Below, in pieces: positions 8,499 to 15,826 of a stretch of 24,000 bases of DNA. The notes below the pieces were generated by a model, which did not search any database, had not been told where the DNA came from, and worked only from the letters and a program-made list of their open reading frames with translations. Position 1 is the stretch's first letter, and each line of letters opens with the position of its first letter. The stretch covers positions 205,475 through 229,474 of the forward strand of contig CBDIRN010000002.1 in NCBI GenBank assembly GCA_965284225.1, in the 5' to 3' direction. Made by a program: the position numbers and the translations under genes. The DNA is from an uncultured Rhodospirillales bacterium. Its GTDB lineage: Bacteria; Pseudomonadota; Alphaproteobacteria; Rhodospirillales; Casp-alpha2.

Positions 8499-9917
8499 AT
8501 GAATAAATATGACCAAGATTATGTGGACAAATTTTTTTCTGATATCTCATCTTGGTCTAAGGCTTACACGTCTATCGCCGTAAGTTACTTAGCTTTTCGT
8601 ATAGAAGAAGGGTACGCACTAACTAAAGCTCGGATATTCCTCGACGTGTGGCCCAGAGATATAGAAAGAACTCAAATTAAATTCGATAGCCTTCAAGCAG
8701 GTGTTTTCTACTTATCTGACATAGACATATCACCCGAAGATTATATCCAATGTTTGGAGGACGGTTCCTTCTCAACTCCACATGGCAAGCTGGTATTTCT
8801 TCCAGAAGATAGTGGTGCTTATTCCGCCTATTATGACCCGTATTTAAGCGAGGGGACTCAATCAAATTATCGACTTAGCCTCCTGTCAATTAGTGGTGGG
8901 GGAGTTAACCCTCAACCACGAAATACAGAGTTGGACTGGGAGCTTAAATCAGGGGAAAAGCCGTTTGATAATGTTAATGCACTGTTGATGGAGCTTGGCA
9001 TAGGAACAGTGAGTTCAGATAGAGCAGTAGTTGAGTATGTAGCGTCCAGTTGTTTAAAGCCCCATTCCGTAGAACCGTATGGAATGGTAGTAGGCAACAA
9101 AGCATGCCCAGCACTTCTAATTCCAAATAGCTTAGAAGCAGCAAAAACAACCCTCGGTTATCAAGTATATCATGACGGTAAGGTGATAGAACGGAAACGA
9201 ATAGAAGGTTCCGATCTACGATGGGAATTCATTCGGGGTGCAAACTTGGGCAGCAAGGAAATAACTATTCCCGAAGGCGCTGTTCTACAATGCTTTGGTT
9301 CCTATGCAGGAAGCACACAATTTCAGTGGTGGATGAGTGATCCAGCAACCGTACAGAACCCATTACGCACAGTGTACAACACATTTGATCAGGGGCTTGA
9401 AGTCTTACTTGATTATCTCGCTAAGGGGCCCGGCAAGGGGAATGCCCGAGATCTCGAAACGGCAATAGCTTGGTTGCTATGGATGCTTGGATTTAATGTG
9501 GTGCACTTGGGAGCTACACCTAGGAATCAAGAGGCCCCTGATTTAGTTGCATCAACATCATTGAAACACTTCTTTGTCATAGAATGCACTACTGATTTAT
9601 TGAAAGCAGATAACAAGTTACCGAAACTTATAAGTCGTAATGAGGCTCTACGCACCAGCTTGTATACATCCGGCAACCGTAACCTTAAGACTCTGCCAGT
9701 AATAGTATCATCCAAGAGTAGGAAAGAGGTTGCTGCTGATATTGAACAAGCTGAAAAGCTAGGTGTACTGGTTATCACAAGAGATGAAATATTAAAACTG
9801 CTTGATCAAACTTTAATGCTCCCAAATGCGGAAAACATATACCTTGAAGCTGAGCTTAAGGTGAAAAAAGCAGTTGATAAGCATTCGCCGAACAAAGACT
9901 TTTTGAACCATTCGTGA
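8499..9917 (+). CDS. Hypothetical protein (472 aa) with a C-terminal PD-(D/E)xK-like domain and a novel N-terminal region
   Basis: The C-terminus 'ETAIAWLLWMLGFNVVHLG...APDLVASTSLKHFFVIECTTDLLKADNK' has a literal P-D and an E-C-T in place of ExK, with Lys residues just downstream. The roughly 300-aa N-terminal region matches nothing I recognise. The stop is 5 nt before a 38-bp Tn3-like repeat. Confidence 0.6.
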   Translation: MNKYDQDYVDKFFSDISSWSKAYTSIAVSYLAFRIEEGYALTKARIFLDVWPRDIERTQIKFDSLQAGVFYLSDIDISPEDYIQCLEDGSFSTPHGKLVFLPEDSGAYSAYYDPYLSEGTQSNYRLSLLSISGGGVNPQPRNTELDWELKSGEKPFDNVNALLMELGIGTVSSDRAVVEYVASSCLKPHSVEPYGMVVGNKACPALLIPNSLEAAKTTLGYQVYHDGKVIERKRIEGSDLRWEFIRGANLGSKEITIPEGAVLQCFGSYAGSTQFQWWMSDPATVQNPLRTVYNTFDQGLEVLLDYLAKGPGKGNARDLETAIAWLLWMLGFNVVHLGATPRNQEAPDLVASTSLKHFFVIECTTDLLKADNKLPKLISRNEALRTSLYTSGNRNLKTLPVIVSSKSRKEVAADIEQAEKLGVLVITRDEILKLLDQTLMLPNAENIYLEAELKVKKAVDKHSPNKDFLNHS

Positions 9918-9921
9918 AGAG

Positions 9922-9959
9922 CGTTTAGTGATGCGTAGATGCGATTTCTGAGGTGCCCC
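9922..9959 (-). repeat. Tn3-family-like 38-bp terminal inverted repeat (outer end at 9959, reads leftwards)
   Basis: The reverse complement reads GGGGCACCTCAGAAATCGCATCTACGCATCACTAAACG. From memory, Tn21-subgroup IRs read GGGGGCACCTCAGAAAACGG...ACGCTAAG, with an outer GGGG and an inner CTAAG. This needs alignment against ISfinder/TnCentral. It overlaps the 25-bp repeat by 11 bp. Confidence 0.4.
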
Positions 9960-9973
9960 TAGTTTGCTAGACA
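9949..9973. repeat. Right copy of the perfect 25-bp inverted repeat (TGAGGTGCCCCTAGTTTGCTAGACA)
   Basis: It is the exact reverse complement of 4685..4709. The pattern TG..TGCCCCTA......AGACA also resembles IS3-family (IS2-like) terminal repeats as I recall them. Confidence 0.85.
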
Positions 9974-10114
9974 CCTTCCACATTCATCGTGGCCGCCAGA
10001 ATTCAGAAGGCCCTCAAAGCTGCCCAGCGCCCTTTATGGGCGATATTCGTCGTATTGGCCCTAATCTTGTTTAATCTCATATATTGATCGCTAAAGAATG
10101 AATACTTCCAGACA

Positions 10115-11149
10115 ATGCCCTTGCCGCCGCTAGAATTCTTCGAAAATGCTCTAGATTACAGCCGAGTTGATCTTCTGGAGGACATCTTGGCCAATCAGGG
10201 CATGTCCGGCGCATTCACCAGGAGAACACTCGAAGCTTATAACAAGGGAAAGAAGCCTCAGAAATCAAAGGGCTTGGTGCTTGAAAAAGCCTTCGAGGGT
10301 TACGCGGAAGGTGCCAGACTCAATCATATAATTGAGGCAGTCAATGAAGCAGAAGAGGGTACCGGCCTCCTAAATGACACTTACGCAGGCCCTTGGCTTC
10401 AAATCATATCGGGATATGAAATTAGATGCGCAGAGCCCGTATTTTGGACAACAGAGGCTCGCAGGGCCCTTAGATGCGCACTTGAATTACGCGATATCGC
10501 GCAAGGTAAATCTACACGCATTCCGTCAGAAGTGATCGACGATGCAAATCTGCCAAAAACGAGGACCTACCAAGAGGTTATTAGACGGCTCCGTAAATAC
10601 GAGGCTGATCGGAATTGTTTGGATGAACAATTACTCACACCAATCTATCTAGAGACAGCCTTGTTTATAATGGCATGTCACGATTTTGAGCACGGCGATT
10701 CCAACTACGTAACACTCATAGACAAGGACGCGCCCGCTTCAAAACAAAGCCCGATGACAAAGCTCATCTTAAAAATGCGTGAAATACGTCAGATTTCAAG
10801 TTACGCGAAGATCAGCGAATTTCTCCTCCCAGATCAATCACCAGAATCCGCCCTCACAGAAATCAAAAAGTGGCGCAAGGGTAACCGGTATCCGAACTGG
10901 AAAAACGTAAAAAAGTGGCCCAGCAAATTCCCAGAGATAGAACCCTTTGCAATTTACTGGGCCGTTGGTTATGCCAGAATAATCCAAGAGATTTTCAAGA
11001 AGGCCGTCGACCTAGAAAAGGACTTGGATTGGTTCCGCGCTGATTGGATCGCCGAAAGCCGAGATGTAATCGGTTTTCACGTCCCCGACAGATATCACTC
11101 GTTACTATCTTCCAAGTCGTCAGGGCGACCGTCTTCGCCGCGAGATTGA
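10115..11149 (+). CDS. Hypothetical protein (344 aa) with two XRE-type HTH-like segments
   Basis: 'RRTLEAYNKGKKPQKSKG' and 'ISSYAKISEFL...ALTEIKKWRKGNRYPNWKNV' both resemble the recognition-helix '..is.wE.G.r.P' signature of Xre-family HTH domains. Nothing else is recognisable. Confidence 0.55.
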   Translation: MPLPPLEFFENALDYSRVDLLEDILANQGMSGAFTRRTLEAYNKGKKPQKSKGLVLEKAFEGYAEGARLNHIIEAVNEAEEGTGLLNDTYAGPWLQIISGYEIRCAEPVFWTTEARRALRCALELRDIAQGKSTRIPSEVIDDANLPKTRTYQEVIRRLRKYEADRNCLDEQLLTPIYLETALFIMACHDFEHGDSNYVTLIDKDAPASKQSPMTKLILKMREIRQISSYAKISEFLLPDQSPESALTEIKKWRKGNRYPNWKNVKKWPSKFPEIEPFAIYWAVGYARIIQEIFKKAVDLEKDLDWFRADWIAESRDVIGFHVPDRYHSLLSSKSSGRPSSPRD

Positions 11150-11232
11150 TAGTACGCATCATTGTTCGGATTAAGCTGGTCCGCATGATTGTCCAGATCA
11201 GCCTTTTCCTGTTCGGGCGTTCGTGGATCCAT
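11095..11232 (-). CDS. Small acidic protein (45 aa), absent from the ORF track
   Basis: The - strand has GGAGAA 6 nt upstream of ATG (11232). The product is MDPRTPEQEKADLDNHADQLNPNNDAYYQSRGEDGRPDDLEDSNE. The 'N.ANQLNPNN.AY..SRG' motif recurs in small conserved hypothetical proteins. It converges on the 344-aa gene and overlaps its 3' end by 55 nt. Confidence 0.4.
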   Translation of the reverse strand: MDPRTPEQEKADLDNHADQLNPNNDAYYQSRGEDGRPDDLEDSNE

Positions 11233-11950
11233 TGTCGTTCTCCTTATATCGAGTTCTGCCATCTACATGGAGCAGGGGATTCTGCCCTTGTTTGATAGAT
11301 GGCTCCTATCAACCAGTGAACGATACCCGGACCTGCCAGGACACAGACAGGAGGCAAAATTGGAAAAATGCGTAGTACATGGGTAGTAATCGGGTTCGTA
11401 ACAGATTGACCGTCTCGTAGGTCTCCCGAAACCGACCAACGCCTGAGCCGCAATATCCTCCACAAATCGCGCCGCCGGGCACGCTACAGGTGCCATAATA
11501 TTAACCCGCCAAAACCGCACCGACCATCCGCGTCAGATCTGAAAATTTTTGGGGGACGGGAGTTTTCCAGCGATCCGCCTCAGACTTTGAGTCCAGCGCT
11601 TCAGACTTTGTGTCTGTTTACACCTTTACTCGGGCGGCATTTCAATTGCAGTTAAGAAAAAATGATCGAACGGCTAAAATATTAAAAATCACAAATAACT
11701 CTCCATATCTTGATGGCAAATTTCGGCTATCATCGAATCCGCAGTCATTACTTCTATGTAAGACCGCCGGTATTAAGATCGCCGAGTCATGAGTCTGCAT
11801 GCCCTTGCACAAATAGATTTTTTGAATTTCTGGCTATATCGATAATTCGTGCAATGCTTCGAATCCTTTTCATTCACTTTTGTGATAATCTGGATTAGGT
11901 TAACCGATAAGTATTATCAGAAACTAAAATTCTATCGAGTATAGTAAAAT

Positions 11951-13762
11951 ATGCAAAGACCAATGTGGGCCGACAAAGAATCAGATGTTGATTACTTAAA
12001 CTTCTCCGAGGTTGCTGATGTTGCGGCGTCAATGATTAAGCAACCTGGGTTGTTACCGTTGTCGATTGGTATTTATGGAGGGTGGGGTGCAGGCAAATCG
12101 ACTACCTTGCGCCTAATTCATGCGAGTCTTCAGCGGGGATCGCCAAAGGATGATACGTTAGTAATCGAGTTCGACGCTTGGCTGTATCAAGATTTTGATG
12201 ACGCCCGCGCTGCTTTGATGGACGTAATTACTTCGCGTTTAATGGAAGCGTCTAAAGACCACGAAGGCTTGGCCGAGAAGGCAAAGTCGCTCATCGCGCG
12301 TGTCGATTATTTTCGAGCAGCAGGATTGCTGGCAGACGTAGGAATGTCAGCTCTAATCGGTGTTCCGCCTGGTATCTTGTCGCGGGCTGTCGATGGCGCA
12401 AAAAAAATGTGGTCAGGTGATAGTAGCGAGGGAGATATATCAGATTTTAAACAGGCTGGCGCCGATGTGATTTCAACGGGTAAGAGCTTATTAAAGCCTG
12501 AGGAAGTGACCTCGCCACCAAGAGAAATTGCCGCATTCAGAGAAGAATTTGGCAGTTTGTTAAGCGAACTAAATGTTACGCTTGTGGTGTTTATCGACAA
12601 CCTTGATAGGTGTTTGCCGAAGAAAGCGATCCAGACTTTGGAGGCTGTACGTCTTTTTCTTTTCTTGCCAAAAACAGCATTTGTCATTGCCGCCGACGAA
12701 GACATGATCCGACACGCTGTGCGTGAACACTATGCTGGGCCTGATGATCGATTGGTTACTGATTACTTAGACAAAATGGTGCAAGTTTCACTTCGCGTCC
12801 CCCGAGTTGGGGTCCAAGAGACCAAAGCGTATCTGATGCTATTATTCGCAGAGGCCGCTGGGGCGGAAGTTGAGAAACTTCAGCAACTGCGAGAAGGCCT
12901 TATTGAAATTCTTCGATCACTCTGGAAAGGCGAGCCAATTACACCGAAGATTGCTAGAGGGCTTTTAGGCGCTTCGGAGAGCAGCGATATTGCTAACGAT
13001 CTCGAAATGGCGGATCGGCTAGCTCACGTTTTGGCGACAGCACCAAATATTCAAGGCAACCCAAGAATTGTGAAAAGACTACTGAATACCGTACGCATTC
13101 GTACGGTAATTGCGCAGCAAAGGGGGATGAACCTTGATGAGGCGCTAATTGCAAAATTGGCGGTACTAGAGCGCTGTACCAACGATCCAGCCTTCAGCTC
13201 ATTCTGTCAAATGGTAGCATTATCAACGAACGGAGCTCCGCATGAGATCGCAGCAATGGAAGAAGTGGTTGATGATCCCGCAGCTTTTGAAGAAGCATGC
13301 CCTGAAGCTCTGAGCAATTATTCTAGTTTTCTACGCGAATGGTGCAAAATTCCGCCAGACTTAGCCGGAAGAGACTTGCGCCCTGCTATCTACCTTAGCC
13401 GCGATGCAGCGCCTGTGTCCTTAGCTGCTAAAAGATTATCTGCAGAAGCGACAAGTCTGTTTGAAACATTAGCTTCAGCACCAAGTCTGACATCCGCAGC
13501 GAGTAAAAACGCTGCTAAGGATGTATCGCAGGAAGATGCACCAGCGATCATGACAGCGCTGATTTCGGAACTACGGCGGATTGATAATTGGGAGAAGCGC
13601 CCGAAAGAGTTCACCGGCGCGTTACTTCTTGCAGACCAACATAGTCCGGTCCAGCAGCCTCTTTCTCAGTTTGTGGCGAGTCTGAAAATAAAGCCGGTCC
13701 CAGCATGGTTAATGCAGGTCTGTCGGCAGCGACTTTGGATGCAAAATGGGAGTAGTGCTTGA
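11951..13762 (+). CDS. qatA: QatA: KAP-family P-loop NTPase
   Basis: Walker A is 'GIYGGWGAGKST' and Walker B is 'LVVFIDNLDRCLP', the KAP hallmark (..IDdLDRc). The N-terminal 'W.DKESDVDYLNF' is typical of KAP NTPases. It is the first gene of a 4-gene overlapping operon with a QueC-like gene and a TatD gene. Confidence 0.85.
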   Translation: MQRPMWADKESDVDYLNFSEVADVAASMIKQPGLLPLSIGIYGGWGAGKSTTLRLIHASLQRGSPKDDTLVIEFDAWLYQDFDDARAALMDVITSRLMEASKDHEGLAEKAKSLIARVDYFRAAGLLADVGMSALIGVPPGILSRAVDGAKKMWSGDSSEGDISDFKQAGADVISTGKSLLKPEEVTSPPREIAAFREEFGSLLSELNVTLVVFIDNLDRCLPKKAIQTLEAVRLFLFLPKTAFVIAADEDMIRHAVREHYAGPDDRLVTDYLDKMVQVSLRVPRVGVQETKAYLMLLFAEAAGAEVEKLQQLREGLIEILRSLWKGEPITPKIARGLLGASESSDIANDLEMADRLAHVLATAPNIQGNPRIVKRLLNTVRIRTVIAQQRGMNLDEALIAKLAVLERCTNDPAFSSFCQMVALSTNGAPHEIAAMEEVVDDPAAFEEACPEALSNYSSFLREWCKIPPDLAGRDLRPAIYLSRDAAPVSLAAKRLSAEATSLFETLASAPSLTSAASKNAAKDVSQEDAPAIMTALISELRRIDNWEKRPKEFTGALLLADQHSPVQQPLSQFVASLKIKPVPAWLMQVCRQRLWMQNGSSA

Positions 13763-14519
13763 TGGGTACATCATCGTCAAAAGGGGGCTCTGGGGGTACT
13801 TCCCTTTGCTGCCACCTTGGGTGGATCAAGGGCCCGGACCGCTGCCTGAGCCAGATAAAGATCGGTTCCGTACTTTCAGACTTAAACTCGGAAAATTCGT
13901 AAGCTCAGGAGATGCGAAGGACCTTCGATCGGCAGTTGGCCATTTTGCGAGATCGTCATCTGGAGGTGCATCTGTCGCCAAGACTCGAATTTCTCCAATT
14001 GCGACCGTTGGCGGAAATCTGATTGGCCTCATATCTGATCTCCAAAGCGGCGGCGACGGGACAGCACTAGCAGGGGAGGATTTGTCCTCGTGTTTGGGTG
14101 CAGAAATTGATGTCGCAATCGAAAAAATCGTAGAAGCCCTGACACCAGACAACGGGGATGCCGACAAGATTAGTGCTGCAATGCAATCGGCACTCCTAGA
14201 AGTTTTGGAAGATGATGCATCTTTTGATCCGTTATCAATTTCGAGCGACGATTTGGTATCATTGATTTCTGCGTATTTGGTAGAAGCTATCTTCTTATGG
14301 ATAATTTCGGAGAGTGATAAATCTTTCCAAAAAGCAGATTCCGGTCCTAAAGCGAACAAGGCAGAAGCGAGTTTGAGAGAACTTGTCAAAGTTTCGGTTG
14401 AAGATGCATTAGGCGCAAAAAATTTAACAAATATAGGTGCATTAAAGCCAAACGACATTGCAGAACTTGAACGCGAAGTAACGCATGAGGTTTTCCAAGT
14501 GTGGGAGGGTTACGAGTGA
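13746..14519 (+). CDS. qatB: QatB-like protein. The 5' end is uncertain, with a possible frameshift (see finding).
   Basis: It sits between the KAP NTPase and the QueC-like gene, as in Qat operons. No known domain. The listed ATG 13746 lacks an SD. An out-of-frame ATG at 13762 has TGATG coupling and a GGGAG SD. Confidence 0.65.
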   Translation: MGVVLDGYIIVKRGLWGYFPLLPPWVDQGPGPLPEPDKDRFRTFRLKLGKFVSSGDAKDLRSAVGHFARSSSGGASVAKTRISPIATVGGNLIGLISDLQSGGDGTALAGEDLSSCLGAEIDVAIEKIVEALTPDNGDADKISAAMQSALLEVLEDDASFDPLSISSDDLVSLISAYLVEAIFLWIISESDKSFQKADSGPKANKAEASLRELVKVSVEDALGAKNLTNIGALKPNDIAELEREVTHEVFQVWEGYE

Positions 14520-15826
14520 CAACAGTGATATGTTCACATGACGAACTTAGGCTGAGTGCCTGCCCCGCCGACAGCTTGAAAGTGTTGCTCTATGGAGCCG
14601 CTTCTTCGCTTGGTTATGGTTCAATTGGAAATCGCATCCATGATGAATTCATAAAGAAGTTACCATCACCTCCTGATGCTAGAGCAATTGATTTTTTGAC
14701 AATTGCGCTCTCAGTGATTGCAGCTGATACATTTGTTCTTAGAGCGAATTCCGCAGATAGGTGGGTACGCGAAATTCATCTCATTATTGAATTGGCAAAC
14801 CCATCGCCTTGGTATGCAACAGTTTCCAATATCGAGCGAGCACTTTCGTTTTTGAGTGGTGACAAATGGAATATTGAGATTAGAGCTAATGGTTACAGTC
14901 CTGCGCCTATGCCTAAGCAGCCTGGTATTCCTGATTGCGTATGTCTTTTTTCTGGAGGTCTGGATAGTGCAGTAGGTGCGGTTGATTTGCTGAGTAAAGG
15001 AAGAAAGCCGCTATTAGTATCTCACGCATATTCAAAAGATCGACAAATCCAGCAATTGTTGCTGAACCGCTTGGGAACATTTGTACCTTATTCAGTTGGT
15101 ACAAATGTAAACGCGACAAGGGTCCAACTCGGCTCTAATCAATATATCAATGATACGTCAATGCGAGCGAGGAGTTTACTATTTCTAGCACTTGGGGCTG
15201 TTGCTGCGTCAAGCGTATCGTCTATGAATGCGGGCGCGGTTACGGAGTTGTATGTGCCGGAAAATGGCTTCATTTCTGTAAACCCACCGTTGACCAATCG
15301 TCGGCTCGGAAGCCAAAGCACGAGAACCACACATCCTAACTTTCTCCGGCAAATTCAGTTAATTTTGGATAGTGTTGGTTTACCTGTTAAACTGATTAAT
15401 CCTTATCGAGGGTTGACCAAAGGGCAGATGTTGAAGCAGTGCGCCAACCAACAGCTTCTCTCAAAAATCGCGAAATCAACAGTATCTTGTGGCAAATGGA
15501 AACGAAAAAATAAACAGTGTGGACGTTGTCTCCCTTGCCTAATTCGTCGCGCTGCTCTCCATGCAGCGAGTATGGCAGACAATACGGATAACGGATACGT
15601 CGACCTTGATCTCAAAAAAATTATGAAGAATGAGTTGCTGCGTGATGATGTGCTGGCAGTGATGATCGCCATCGACAAATATTCAGGGACTGATATGGTC
15701 CGATGGGCGATTGCCAATGGACCGTTGCCCGGTGATGTCGCCGAAAGACAGTTAAGAATTGCCGCAGTTCAGAATGGTCTAGCGGAATTAGAGGATTTTC
15801 TAAGGCACGAAGGATGCATCCCTTAA
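14501..15826 (+). CDS. qatC: QatC: QueC-like PP-loop ATPase
   Basis: The PP-loop is 'CLFSGGLDSAVGA' (SGGxDS). The C-terminal Cys cluster 'SCGKWKRKNKQCGRCLPCLIRR' matches the QueC zinc motif (CxxCxxC). The more likely start is GTG 14516, which forms a GTGA overlap with the qatB stop and has GGGAGGG 6 nt upstream. Confidence 0.85.
   Translation: MGGLRVTTVICSHDELRLSACPADSLKVLLYGAASSLGYGSIGNRIHDEFIKKLPSPPDARAIDFLTIALSVIAADTFVLRANSADRWVREIHLIIELANPSPWYATVSNIERALSFLSGDKWNIEIRANGYSPAPMPKQPGIPDCVCLFSGGLDSAVGAVDLLSKGRKPLLVSHAYSKDRQIQQLLLNRLGTFVPYSVGTNVNATRVQLGSNQYINDTSMRARSLLFLALGAVAASSVSSMNAGAVTELYVPENGFISVNPPLTNRRLGSQSTRTTHPNFLRQIQLILDSVGLPVKLINPYRGLTKGQMLKQCANQQLLSKIAKSTVSCGKWKRKNKQCGRCLPCLIRRAALHAASMADNTDNGYVDLDLKKIMKNELLRDDVLAVMIAIDKYSGTDMVRWAIANGPLPGDVAERQLRIAAVQNGLAELEDFLRHEGCIP

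Noticed and set aside
9974-10087. Open frame running out of the 25-bp repeat (…IVAARIQKALKAAQRPLWAIFVVLALILFNLIY*), with a possible 33-aa GTG-initiated hydrophobic peptide
   Set aside because: There is no SD or ATG. It may be the C-terminal remnant of a gene destroyed by the rearrangement, or a chance frame. A small membrane toxin cannot be excluded, but nothing supports it.
11551-11590. GGGGGACGGGAGTTTTCCAGCGATCCGCCTCAGACTTTG considered as a Tn3-type IR opening the Qat module
   Set aside because: Apart from the leading G-run it lacks the conserved inner CTAAG. Its best inverted partner near 16858-16875 matches only about 9/16 positions. This is not convincing.
12307-14458. - strand ORFs of 132, 74, 72 and 210 aa inside qatA and qatB
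   Set aside because: They are antisense to an operon with strong motif support. Their composition is low-complexity Ser/Ala/Pro, and no independent signals are present.
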